From the IMG/VR virus record IMGVR_UViG_3300042861_001913: a stretch of 64,000 nt of DNA; one strand, given 5' to 3'. Positions 15,616-25,575 of this stretch are shown piece by piece. The stretch's first letter is position 1. Each line of letters begins with the position of its first letter. The stretch is from a virus. A model generated the notes under the pieces. That model was not told where the DNA came from, searched no databases, and saw only the letters and a list, made by a program, of their open reading frames with translations. A program made the translations under genes and the position numbers.

Positions 15616-18600
15616 TGGATCAATATAATCAAGACGTTAACATTAACTTCCAAGGTGAAGATAATATAAGTGGAGTTATTGATAAAGTTAATGAGAAAGT
15701 TGGTCTATTACAGAACTCCGTAATGGCGGCTAATTTCGGGTTAGGTGCATTTGGTAAACAGTTATTTACTAACTCTGATAACTTAGCTAAGTTTACTAAG
15801 GTTCTTGGTACAACTGATGTTCTATTAAATAAGACATTTGCAGTAACTGGAGTAGTTAAAGTATTCTCAATACTAGGAACTGGTATTAATGATGCGAAAG
15901 CTAACTTAGATGGATTTAATGATGGATTGAAAGCAATGCAAGCTAGTGGACTTGATATTGGCATTATTACGCAATTCACGCAATTACAAGATGCAGTATT
16001 AGGAAGTCGTAATGCTCTAGATTCATTTAGTTTAACTGCATTAACTACATTTAATAGATTCAATAAAGTTAAATCAGAAGTAGCTACATTGTTTCCTGAG
16101 AATGATCCATTTATTAAGAATCTATCTACTAGTATTCAGAAACTAGTTAATGAGGATCTTAAAAATGCAGTAACTAGTATTGACGCATTAAAAGCTAGTT
16201 ATGAAGCTGCGTCGTCTGGTTTTACTGAAGCTGCTGATAACCAAGCTGTAATGACAGCAGGACTTAAATTAGCTAAAGCTGGTGGTGCTGATACTGGAGC
16301 AACTATGAAGGTACTTGCTCAAACTATTAGTGCTTATAATCTGAGTGCTGGTGATGCAACTAAAGTTAGTGCAGTTCTAAATCAAACTGTACAATTAGGT
16401 ATAACTACAATACCAGAATTAAGTAATGGTTTTGCTCAAGCAGCAGTAACAGCTAACGCAGCTAAGATTAAATTGCAAGAGTTAGGTGCTGCTGTAGCAA
16501 CATTAACATTAAAAGGTTTTGACACAAACAGTGCATTAACAGGTATTGAATCATTATCGCGCGTAATTATCAGCAAAACTCCTCAAGCTGCTGCTGCATT
16601 GCGAGAATTACGTGATGAAGGTGGTAAACCAATTAGATTTGACGTTAGTGAAATAAAAGCTAAAGGTCTTACTAAAGCAATACAGGATTTAAATATAGCA
16701 GCTAAGGGTAACGTTGAAGTAATTCGTGAAATAATTGCAGATTCTACTTCTTATAATACTTTCTTAGCATTAGCAGCTAATAACTCTGAGAAATTGGGTG
16801 AATTTACTCAGAAGATGTTTGATGTTAGTAAAACAGGTGAAGTTGCACGTAAAGCATTAGATAGTGTATTTGGAATTAAATTAAATAACCAAGCTGAAAC
16901 ATTCGATGCAATTGTAAATAGAATAACTGAACAATTCATACAATTTGGTGAACAGTTAGCTCCATTCTTTGACACTGGAGTTAAAGCATTAGAAACGTTC
17001 ACTAAAACATTATCTGGAATTAGTCCAGAAATGAAGAAGACTATAGCATCAATATTGCTAGGTCAATTAGCATTTAATAAAGTAACTGATACTATTGGTA
17101 TTTTAGTTGGAACTATAACTAAAGCATTCTTAGCATATCAAGGTTTGCGAGTAACCTTGATGTTCATGAATGGAACTATAGGTGAACAGTTCAACTTAAT
17201 TAATGGATTAATTAAAACTAAAGCAGGATTAGTTCCCGTAATTAAACAGTTAATGGGATTTGATCAATCACATCTATTAATACAAACTAAATTAAATACA
17301 GTTACTAAAACTAGGGGTGAATTGCTTAAAGCTGTATTTACTGGAGAAGGTGATAGATTAACTAACCTTAAACAATTAGTTGGTTTAGAGAAACAATATG
17401 AACTTAATGTAGGTGAGTTAAACAAAACATTAGATGGTAGAAATAAGATACTTGATAATCAAGTAGATAAAGTTAATGGAGTTATTAAAGCAACGGCTAA
17501 AGTAAAGGATGCTGAAGCTACAGCTAACTCTATTAAACAAGAAGGTCTACAACTATTAGATGAGTTAGAGATATCTAATGCTAAACAACTTGATATTAAA
17601 ACTAAATTAATTAAGGTAGAAGATGATCTTAAATTAGGTGGTTCTAATACTGTTGCATTACAGAAGGAATCAATACTACTTAATAATCAATTAACTAATT
17701 CACTTGATGAACAACAACAACTACAAGAGTTAATTAACGTAAATAACGTTAAGTATGGTGATGCAACTAAAGCATTAGTAACATCAGAACTCGCACTTGA
17801 TTCAACTAGACTTGCAGCTAAGGAAAGACTTAGTGTTATAGTTACTAAACAATTAGCTATTGAACAACTGCAAGCTAACTTAACTATCTATAATGAGAAA
17901 GCAGTTAAGTTATCTACTGCTGCTGAGTTATTAAGAACTAAAGCTAAAGTTGATTCTGCCAACGCTTCTATTTTCTTACAACGTGCAGAGTTTCTACAAA
18001 CTAAATCAACTGAATATGCAACGTTAGCAACTACAACTCAAACTGCTATTATCGCTGGTAATGCAGAAGTTAGAAAACTTAAAATAGCAGCATCATTAGC
18101 AGAACAAGTTGCTGATGGTAATTTAATTAAAGTACAAGTAGGTTTAGGTACTAGTTACATTGCTAATAGTTTACTAACGAGAATACTGTTCTTCGATATT
18201 ACTAATTTAGCTGGAGCTACTAAAGCAGCTAGTGTTGCAGGAACTGGATTTGCAGGTGTAATTGGTGGTTTATGGACAACATCAATTGGTATAGCTAGTG
18301 CAACATTAAGATTCCTAGATGCTCAACTTACAACACTGTATCTTAAATTAGCTCCATTTACATTAGCGTTAGCTCCCATAGCAGTAGCATTAGGATTAAT
18401 TGGTACTATTGGTTATGAAGCATTCTTCGGAATGACAGGTCAATTAAATAACTTAAATAAAGAATTAAAAGAATTAGATAAACAAGGACAACTTAATTTA
18501 ATACGTGAATTAGATAAATTACAAATTAATAAACAACTTAATGAATCAGAACAGAAGAGATTACAACTATTGAAAGAATCAGTAAGTGTAGCTAAAGAAG

Positions 18601-21600
18601 CTGATGAAAGTTCTAAAGGTGTTATGGATCGTGTGGGCGATTTTAATAATACTATAGAAAAGTTTAATGCAACTAAAATTATATTTAATGGTATTATCAG
18701 TGGATTTGGTAAAGTTATTAATTTATTTAGAGCAGATGCTGTAGTAAAAGTTCTTGATGATATAGATGTTGCATCATTAAAAACTCGTGATTCTATTAAT
18801 GAATTAACTAAATCAACTAAGAAACTTCAATTGGGATTTACTGGAATTGAAGAAGTAGATAAATTAATTAAGCAAGGTAAAATACTTAGCGCAACAGACA
18901 TAGATAAAATTGCTAATGAAGCTAAAGTTGCAACTAAGAGAACTGAATTAGAAATATCAATTAATGAAAATAAAATTAAGGCAGTTAGTGAACAACTTAA
19001 AGATTTCGATAAGTTAAGTATTGAAGAACGTAAACAAGCTAGTGACCACGAAAAACAATTAGATACACATCGTACAATATTAGAAACTGCTAATGATAAA
19101 TTGAAAGACGTACTAAGTAAGAAAAAAGAGATAGATAAGGCGCGAATAGAATATCAAACTCAACAGAACATATTACTTAAGCGCGTATTAGATAATAATC
19201 TGGAAATAGAAAAAGGTAGCACTACTATAGAAGGTGATCAAGGAGCTAACGCACTTCAAACTAGAATGAAGAAGGGACTTAGATTGGCGCAAACTGATCT
19301 AGAACAATATCGTCGTCAAGTTAAAGCAACATTAGATGGAACTGGTGAATATCTTGATGCTAATAATAAGAAGGTTAAAATTGACGTAACTGATATGACT
19401 GATTACGTTAATAAATTTGACACTAATGTTAATGGAGTTATTAGTAGTATTGATCAGTTATATCAAGTTAATGGTACTAGTGCAACTGAAGCAGCTAAAA
19501 CACTTAAAGCTGTATTAGATACTAATAAACAAGAGATGAATATAACTGATTATATTAATGGAATTAACCAAGCTATAGGTTACATGAGAGATGGAAGTAA
19601 AGTAACAATAGACTTACTTAACTTAGAAGGTGAAACTCGACGGGCTATGTTAGATAGTGGAGTTACATCAACTAGAGAAACAAATGCTGCGATACGTAAG
19701 TTAAATGCAGCTAAGTTAGAAGAGGAAATTAATAATCAGAAACAACTAATTGAATTTACTAAAGCTACATCTGGTGCAGATCAGAAGAAGTTAGATGCTG
19801 CTAAGTTAAAGTTACTTGAACAACAACTAGCTGCACAACAACGTGATAATCTTAAAGCTGAATTAGATGAAAGATTTAAACAACAACAAGTAGCATTAGA
19901 TAGAGAACAAGAGCTAATTAAGTTAGATAAAGCTAAACGTCTTATTAGTGAAGAAGAATATAACAATAAGATAGCTGAGGATACTAAACGTAACTTAGAT
20001 TTAAAACGTAAACAACTACTACAGGAACTAGAGTTAAATAAAAATGATTTAGAGAAAACTAAGTCTATTAATAATCAATTACTAGGAATTGATGTACAAC
20101 AACAAGAGTTAATAACATCTAATTTAGAACGTGCAATTAATGTACGATCTAAAAAACGTGAATTAGAGTTAACTAGAGAACAAGCTTTAGTTGTTTTGAA
20201 TAGAAGTAAGTTCTTAACTACTGAAGAACAATCTATCAGAGATATAGATGTGGTAAGAAAAAAGGAGATATTAAATAAACAACTATCTCTTAATGAACAA
20301 CTTAAGTTAGTTGAACATGATAAAACTAAACAGACGGAAATACAGAATCAATTACTTAATCTACAGTTAGATTATCAGAAGATAATAACTGATAATTTAG
20401 AACGTGAGTTTACTAAACGTAGTAAACTCATTGAAAATGCCGCGAATAGAACTAAGTTAGTTTACCGTGAATTAACTAACACCATTGATAATAATGTAGC
20501 ATCACTTAACGAAGAGAATAAGATAATAGATAGTCGTAATAAGTTAACATCATCTACACTTGAAAATGAAAGTGCGCGATTAACTAACTCACTTAAAGTA
20601 ACTAACGATATTGAGAAACGTGCTGCTATTGAAACTAAGATAGCTCAACTGCGCGAATCTAATCGTGTAGTTACAGATGCTACTGAACAACGTAGTTTAA
20701 TTAATCAACAGAAGTTAATTGAATTATCATTGCAGAAACAACAAATAGAGTTAGATAGTCGGCGCAATGATGCTAATAATAACAGTAAGTTAATACAACT
20801 TGAGTTAGAGAAAGCTATTAAACAGAAGAGAAATAAAGAAGATATAGATGCAATTAAAATTAGATTAGATGCTAATAAACAAGAACAATTAGCTATCACT
20901 AAACAGAATGAGTTACTAGATGTAACTAAACGTAATCAAAGTGAGATTAATAGTAATGCAAGTAGAGAACTAGAGATTAGACAACGTATAGGTAGAGAAG
21001 GTGGATTGCTCGATCTAGAGATAACTAAACAAAATGAGAAAATAGCTAGGTATGAGAAGATTGCACAACTGGCAAATCTAGAAGCTACAATTGCAGAAAC
21101 TAATGCTAATAAAATGCAATTAGCTGGTGATCTACAAATTAAAAATTACCAAATGCGATTAGACCTTCTTAATAAACAAGCTGAATTAGAACAACAGCAT
21201 CAAGATAATACACAACGTATGTTTAAGATGGCTGAGGGATTAGCAGTAAGTGATTATCAGAAACGTAAGTTAGCAGAACAAGCTGCTAAACAAGAGTTAC
21301 TTAACCTTAATAAGAAACATCAAATAGAACGTGATATATTAGCTATTCAAATTAAGATGAATGAACTAGCTCTAATTAAAAGTGAGTTAGATCAAAAGAG
21401 TGCCGAAAAGAAATTAGCAGCAGAACTTAAAGTACAAGAAGCTGAAACAGCTAAAGTATTAAAGAGTAGAACTGCAACTGATGAAGAGAAGAAAGGATCA
21501 TTAGCAACATTAGATGCTAAGAAGTTTGCATATCAAGCTAAGTTAGAAGAACGTCCTATATTAGAACAGCAAGCAGAATTAAATAGATATACTAATACTA

Positions 21601-22040
21601 TTCAAAAGGCTGCATTAGATAATAAACAACGTAATGAAACTCAAGATAAGACCGTTGCAGTTGCTAAATCTACATTTACTACTGCTGATGATCGTGCCAT
21701 TTATCGGGCATTAATGAATAATCTAAGAGGAGATAGACGTGAGTTAGATAACACTCGTATTAATTTCAGTCAGGAGAAGTTATCCAACTTATTTTCTTAC
21801 CCTAATAGTAATGTCAACTTAGAAAGACCTAACTTTGATTCAAATAGTGGTAAGTCTAAATCAAGTAATAGTAAGTTAAATAAAGATGTAGTTATTAACT
21901 TTAATCCAACTACTAATATTGAAGTTAAAGGAAGTGCTGATGTTAAGGAGTTCTCTAAACAACTTAATAGTGAAAGTGATAAGTGGATTAAGGGACTTCA
22001 TGAAACACTTCGTAAAGTTAACACTGAATTAGGTAACTGA
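15615..22040 (+). CDS. tape measure protein (2141 aa)
   Basis: Giant coiled-coil Q/K/E/L-rich ORF with central hydrophobic segments (..LAPFTLALAPIAVALGLIGTIGYEAFFG..). It follows the frameshifting chaperones. Confidence 0.85.
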   Translation: MDQYNQDVNINFQGEDNISGVIDKVNEKVGLLQNSVMAANFGLGAFGKQLFTNSDNLAKFTKVLGTTDVLLNKTFAVTGVVKVFSILGTGINDAKANLDGFNDGLKAMQASGLDIGIITQFTQLQDAVLGSRNALDSFSLTALTTFNRFNKVKSEVATLFPENDPFIKNLSTSIQKLVNEDLKNAVTSIDALKASYEAASSGFTEAADNQAVMTAGLKLAKAGGADTGATMKVLAQTISAYNLSAGDATKVSAVLNQTVQLGITTIPELSNGFAQAAVTANAAKIKLQELGAAVATLTLKGFDTNSALTGIESLSRVIISKTPQAAAALRELRDEGGKPIRFDVSEIKAKGLTKAIQDLNIAAKGNVEVIREIIADSTSYNTFLALAANNSEKLGEFTQKMFDVSKTGEVARKALDSVFGIKLNNQAETFDAIVNRITEQFIQFGEQLAPFFDTGVKALETFTKTLSGISPEMKKTIASILLGQLAFNKVTDTIGILVGTITKAFLAYQGLRVTLMFMNGTIGEQFNLINGLIKTKAGLVPVIKQLMGFDQSHLLIQTKLNTVTKTRGELLKAVFTGEGDRLTNLKQLVGLEKQYELNVGELNKTLDGRNKILDNQVDKVNGVIKATAKVKDAEATANSIKQEGLQLLDELEISNAKQLDIKTKLIKVEDDLKLGGSNTVALQKESILLNNQLTNSLDEQQQLQELINVNNVKYGDATKALVTSELALDSTRLAAKERLSVIVTKQLAIEQLQANLTIYNEKAVKLSTAAELLRTKAKVDSANASIFLQRAEFLQTKSTEYATLATTTQTAIIAGNAEVRKLKIAASLAEQVADGNLIKVQVGLGTSYIANSLLTRILFFDITNLAGATKAASVAGTGFAGVIGGLWTTSIGIASATLRFLDAQLTTLYLKLAPFTLALAPIAVALGLIGTIGYEAFFGMTGQLNNLNKELKELDKQGQLNLIRELDKLQINKQLNESEQKRLQLLKESVSVAKEADESSKGVMDRVGDFNNTIEKFNATKIIFNGIISGFGKVINLFRADAVVKVLDDIDVASLKTRDSINELTKSTKKLQLGFTGIEEVDKLIKQGKILSATDIDKIANEAKVATKRTELEISINENKIKAVSEQLKDFDKLSIEERKQASDHEKQLDTHRTILETANDKLKDVLSKKKEIDKARIEYQTQQNILLKRVLDNNLEIEKGSTTIEGDQGANALQTRMKKGLRLAQTDLEQYRRQVKATLDGTGEYLDANNKKVKIDVTDMTDYVNKFDTNVNGVISSIDQLYQVNGTSATEAAKTLKAVLDTNKQEMNITDYINGINQAIGYMRDGSKVTIDLLNLEGETRRAMLDSGVTSTRETNAAIRKLNAAKLEEEINNQKQLIEFTKATSGADQKKLDAAKLKLLEQQLAAQQRDNLKAELDERFKQQQVALDREQELIKLDKAKRLISEEEYNNKIAEDTKRNLDLKRKQLLQELELNKNDLEKTKSINNQLLGIDVQQQELITSNLERAINVRSKKRELELTREQALVVLNRSKFLTTEEQSIRDIDVVRKKEILNKQLSLNEQLKLVEHDKTKQTEIQNQLLNLQLDYQKIITDNLEREFTKRSKLIENAANRTKLVYRELTNTIDNNVASLNEENKIIDSRNKLTSSTLENESARLTNSLKVTNDIEKRAAIETKIAQLRESNRVVTDATEQRSLINQQKLIELSLQKQQIELDSRRNDANNNSKLIQLELEKAIKQKRNKEDIDAIKIRLDANKQEQLAITKQNELLDVTKRNQSEINSNASRELEIRQRIGREGGLLDLEITKQNEKIARYEKIAQLANLEATIAETNANKMQLAGDLQIKNYQMRLDLLNKQAELEQQHQDNTQRMFKMAEGLAVSDYQKRKLAEQAAKQELLNLNKKHQIERDILAIQIKMNELALIKSELDQKSAEKKLAAELKVQEAETAKVLKSRTATDEEKKGSLATLDAKKFAYQAKLEERPILEQQAELNRYTNTIQKAALDNKQRNETQDKTVAVAKSTFTTADDRAIYRALMNNLRGDRRELDNTRINFSQEKLSNLFSYPNSNVNLERPNFDSNSGKSKSSNSKLNKDVVINFNPTTNIEVKGSADVKEFSKQLNSESDKWIKGLHETLRKVNTELGN

Positions 22041-22061
22041 TATAATGAAGGTAATTAATAA

Positions 22062-22847
22062 GTGATTAAAAATATGTTTATTCTAAATGATGTTAATTTA
22101 AGTAACTATGGTAGAGGTAGAGATCGTGTTAAACGTAAAAGTAGAGGTAACTTATTACGTAATGCTGCAATTGGAGTTGGTGGATTAGCAGTTGCAGGTG
22201 GATTAGGTTATATGGCATTAAAAGGTAAAGGTAAATCAGTAACTCAACCTAGTATAACTAAACCTAGTATAAGTTCTCCTGTAACTAGTAATACTGAAAT
22301 AGTAAAGAAAGCTTCAAAATCAGAAGCTAATTTAAGCGATGAACAAGAAAAATGGTTAAAAAATACTTTAGCTGAAATAGAAAGAAAAAGTAATATTCAA
22401 GCTAGAAAAACCTATCTCGGTTCAGTTGAACTAGCTGAGAATACTGGTAATATTAGTGCAATAGAAAGAATATTAAAAAACGAGGGATTAGAAGTTAATA
22501 GACGTGAATTAAATAACAACATGATTAGAGGTAGAAAGAGCGATTTAGGTTGGGGTTATGATGGTGATGATACTTATAATGGTATGACGGTAGGACAAAT
22601 AATGAGAGACAATGGAGGATTAAAAACAATAAAAGATAAGAAACTAAGAAAGAAAGTTGCGAAATATTTAGTTAATACTACTGTACCTAAACAGAGAGAT
22701 AAATATGAGAACTTACGTAGTTTATCTAGAAAACAAAGAATACTAGATATGATTGAAGGTAAAAAACCAGGAATCGGTAGAGAAAGATATGAAGTAGCTG
22801 AACAACGTGCTTGGTATAGGAGTCATAATAGAACAAACAACTTTTAA
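22062..22847 (+). CDS. leader-family protein with Gly-zipper segment and a C-terminal domain of about 190 aa
   Basis: Probable start is the ATG at 22074 (MFILNDVNLSNYGRGRDRVKRKSRG), followed by NAAIGVGGLAVAGGLGYMAL. Confidence 0.55.
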   Translation: MIKNMFILNDVNLSNYGRGRDRVKRKSRGNLLRNAAIGVGGLAVAGGLGYMALKGKGKSVTQPSITKPSISSPVTSNTEIVKKASKSEANLSDEQEKWLKNTLAEIERKSNIQARKTYLGSVELAENTGNISAIERILKNEGLEVNRRELNNNMIRGRKSDLGWGYDGDDTYNGMTVGQIMRDNGGLKTIKDKKLRKKVAKYLVNTTVPKQRDKYENLRSLSRKQRILDMIEGKKPGIGRERYEVAEQRAWYRSHNRTNNF

Positions 22848-22880
22848 TTTGACAACGTAAGAAAAATAGGATAACTAATC

Positions 22881-23504
22881 ATGTATCAATTTAGTATTTC
22901 AATTCCTCTAATTAAATGTTACGTTCGCAATGAATATCTATTTAACTTAGAATCTGGTTATGGTGAATTTACTCCAGTTGTTGTGTTCGGGTTAACTAGT
23001 TTAACTGGACGTGCAATTGGATTTCACATAATGACTAATGGTGGCGCACAAATAGCACGAGTTCCAATTAGTGCATTAGTTAGTAGAGTTGATGCAAATA
23101 ACTTAAATCTTGATTGGTTACAATTATGGGATTGTTTCAGTTATCAAACTCAAGTTGTTTCTTACGATTATCTGAAGGAAATGAAATGTAAGGTTCTACT
23201 TAAAGATAAGAACTGGTATCAAGGTGAATATGTATTTACTATTGATTGGATAGGTGGTGATTGGGCAGAAGAAGCTAGTGATTATAAATGTGGACATCTA
23301 ATTAAATTAGATAATGGATGTTATGCAATTCAACCTAATAATCGTATCTATTGGTTAGGTGATCCATCATTCATAACAGAACCATTAACTGAGTTTCCTG
23401 GTTATAAGATTAATACTCATAATTGGAAGTGCGAGAATCAAGATAAATGGGTAACTGAGAATACAGATAATTATTTTTATCATATTGACAAAGTTGAAGA
23501 ATAG
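22881..23504 (+). CDS. hypothetical protein
   Basis: 207-aa ORF with no recognised motif. Confidence 0.4.
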   Translation: MYQFSISIPLIKCYVRNEYLFNLESGYGEFTPVVVFGLTSLTGRAIGFHIMTNGGAQIARVPISALVSRVDANNLNLDWLQLWDCFSYQTQVVSYDYLKEMKCKVLLKDKNWYQGEYVFTIDWIGGDWAEEASDYKCGHLIKLDNGCYAIQPNNRIYWLGDPSFITEPLTEFPGYKINTHNWKCENQDKWVTENTDNYFYHIDKVEE

Positions 23505-23660
23505 AGTTATAGTAACTAATGTTAGACGTAGGTACTCCTTGATATACTAGCAGAATATCCGACCCTACGTTATGATATTACTAGGAGTTAATTACTAACT
23601 CAAAGAGTTATCAAGTTATCATAACTGTTAGTCGGTGAAACATTAAGGATAACTCTCCAA

Positions 23661-23734
23661 CCAAACCTGGGCTAATGGTAAGCCGCCTCTTTTGGGAAGA
23701 GGACATCATGAAAGTTCAATTCTTTCGGTTTGGA
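23661..23734 (+). tRNA. tRNA-Pro (anticodon UGG)
   Basis: Hand-folded cloverleaf. Acceptor CCAAACC/GGTTTGG. D stem GGCT/AGCC with loop AATGGTA. Anticodon stem CCTCT/AGAGG with loop TTTGGGA. T stem GAAAG/CTTTC with loop TTCAATT. C1:G72 and A73 are typical of bacterial tRNA-Pro. The variable region is 7 nt and no CCA is encoded. Confidence 0.6.
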
Positions 23735-23759
23735 TTGTTTGTGACATATATTGCCTCCT

Positions 23760-23792
23760 AACTCAAGTATTAGCGTACTTGAGTTTTTTATT
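23760..23792 (+). terminator. rho-independent terminator after the tRNA
   Basis: Stem ACTCAAGTA / TACTTGAGT with loop ttagcg, followed by TTTTTTATT. Confidence 0.65.
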
Positions 23793-23857
23793 ATCCAGTT
23801 ACATCAAGCTAATAACACTTTAATAGACCCGCAACTAAAAGTAGTTTTTATTAACTG

Positions 23858-23885
23858 TTGACAAACTAAATAAATATGTTATATT
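23858..23885 (+). promoter_or_regulatory. sigma70-type promoter TTGACA-16 nt-TGtTATATT
   Basis: Consensus -35 and an extended -10, 32 nt upstream of the ATG at 23917. Confidence 0.55.
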
Positions 23886-23916
23886 AGTAAGGTAGTTAAC
23901 AAACGAGACATCTAAT

Positions 23917-24747
23917 ATGTCAGTTATCGAAAAAGTAAAACCGATTGTTGTTGATGGTGTTGAATTTTATGTATCTAACGATGGTAAAGAATCTGGAATG
24001 AGTATTTCAGGATTAGCTAATTTTTTATCATTAGACCGAAAAGCTATTAGTTATATGGTTGATAAGCTGTTATCTGATGATGGGAACGGAGAGCTACCAA
24101 AATGCCTGAAACCCTTTACTGGTATGGGTTTCATGGTGGGAATAGTCGGAAATAATAATGCAAAAATTATTCCTGCTAGATTATGTGAAGGATTACTTTA
24201 CTATTATGCTTATGAATCAACAAATGTTTCTGATGAGGTAAGAAAAAAAGCTACTGATATACATAGACAAGCCGCACAAGTTGGTTTACATGAAACGTTT
24301 AAAAAAGTATCTGGTTATATTGAAGAGAATAATGAAACTAAGTTATTAGAACAATTTAAACAGTTATACTCAGAGCTTAAATCATTAAATGAATTTGCAA
24401 GTGAATATAAAGCAATTAAGAATACTACAACTACATTTATGCCAGGTTGTGCAGAACTATTAGATGACATAGTTACTAATGATGACAACTTATTATTACC
24501 AACTGAAACTGGAGCATTATCAATTGAAGGTTGGTTGCATAGCAAAGGTATTACATTAACTGCAACTAAGTTTAGACAACTTGCTCATATGACTTCTGCT
24601 ACATTTAAATCAATGGTTAAACAAGATCCTGGTAGAACTCACTTTAAATTAGCTAATGGTAAAACTAAATATAATGTTAGTGTTTATGAACCACAGCATT
24701 TTGCTATAATTCAAATGTGTTTAGGTAAAATATTACATGATGATTAA
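23917..24747 (+). CDS. Bro-like modular DNA-binding protein paralog (P2)
   Basis: N-terminus VEFYVSNDGKESGMSISGLANFL. Middle module ..EYKAIKNTTTTFMPG... C-terminus GWLHSKGITLTATKFRQLAHMTSATFKSMVKQDP. Aligns with 8507 and 46835. Confidence 0.6.
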   Translation: MSVIEKVKPIVVDGVEFYVSNDGKESGMSISGLANFLSLDRKAISYMVDKLLSDDGNGELPKCLKPFTGMGFMVGIVGNNNAKIIPARLCEGLLYYYAYESTNVSDEVRKKATDIHRQAAQVGLHETFKKVSGYIEENNETKLLEQFKQLYSELKSLNEFASEYKAIKNTTTTFMPGCAELLDDIVTNDDNLLLPTETGALSIEGWLHSKGITLTATKFRQLAHMTSATFKSMVKQDPGRTHFKLANGKTKYNVSVYEPQHFAIIQMCLGKILHDD

Positions 24748-24778
24748 TAACGACACTTTAAATAAATAGATAAAACTA

Positions 24779-24806
24779 AATCCACTAGCAATCAAGTTAG
24801 TGGATT
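24779..24806 (+). terminator. hairpin AATCCACTA..TAGTGGATT downstream of the Bro-like gene
   Basis: 9-bp stem with a 10-nt loop. The T-tract is weak. Confidence 0.35.
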
Positions 24807-24814
24807 ATTAGTAT

Positions 24815-24850
24815 GTTATTTACTTCGTTATTTACTTCGTTATTTACTTC
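24815..24850. repeat. tandem repeat GTTATTTACTTC x3 (plus partial GTT)
   Basis: Read directly. It lies in the gap between convergent genes. Confidence 0.8.
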
Positions 24851-24910
24851 GTTTAAGTCTTACTATTAACAGTAGATAAACTAATCTAGATATACCGTTA
24901 TATCTCATAT

Positions 24911-25099
24911 TTAGTGACTCATCCTAACTAAGTTACGTAAATCAAACAGTAGGTTAACTAACTCACTTAACTTAGTTACAGAATGGGTGCGGATCTCAGG
25001 ACTAATTAATAAACTAGTTACATTAGGAGTATTAGTAACTGTAGTTGCTGCAAATGTAGATAATCTTCTGTTAGCTAATGCTTCTTTAATCTTATTCAT
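24911..25099 (-). CDS. hypothetical small protein
   Basis: 62-aa ORF whose start overlaps the upstream gene's stop. Confidence 0.3.
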   Translation of the reverse strand: MNKIKEALANRRLSTFAATTVTNTPNVTSLLISPEIRTHSVTKLSELVNLLFDLRNLVRMSH

Positions 25100-25575
25100 C
25101 TATTGTCACCACTACCTTTTAATGTGTTGTTTACATCACGTTTAGTTAACTTAGCTACGTTAATCTCAATTAACTCTTCTATAGTTAAGTTAAGTTGTTT
25201 TAATTCATTTATTATAAAGTCATGATAACTAAGCAGTGTAAATACACAATCAGTTGTATTATTATCACCTCTATATAGTCGCTTTAAAAATCCCGCTAAC
25301 TGCAATGATAATTCACTAACTGATAATAAATTATCAAACTCAAATTTTAAAGCTGATTTTAATGGAGGAAATCCTACTTTATTTAATGCTAATACTAAAT
25401 AAGCTAGTAAATCACCTAACTCTTTTTTCTTACCTTCAACAGTATCTGCTAAATTATATTCATTAAGTTCTTCTATTAATCCTGCAATATAAACAGTCAA
25501 TTTGCTTCGCTCATCTGCAATTGCATATTTATCGCTAAAGTTAATTAACCAAGTTGAGTATTCATTTAGATTCAT
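25096..25575 (-). CDS. MazG-like nucleoside triphosphate pyrophosphohydrolase
   Basis: GLIEELNEY ... KKELGDLLAYLVLAL helical EExxE/D-type motifs. Confidence 0.55.
   Translation of the reverse strand: MNLNEYSTWLINFSDKYAIADERSKLTVYIAGLIEELNEYNLADTVEGKKKELGDLLAYLVLALNKVGFPPLKSALKFEFDNLLSVSELSLQLAGFLKRLYRGDNNTTDCVFTLLSYHDFIINELKQLNLTIEELIEINVAKLTKRDVNNTLKGSGDNR

Noticed and set aside
23525-23572. A second tRNA upstream of tRNA-Pro.
   Set aside because: There is only a 7-bp stem (ACGTAGG/CCTACGT) with a loop of about 31 nt. No cloverleaf can be drawn. It was treated as an unexplained hairpin.
24815-24853. A CRISPR array.
   Set aside because: There are only three 12-nt units in direct tandem with no spacers. 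No other repeat-spacer structure was seen in the window.
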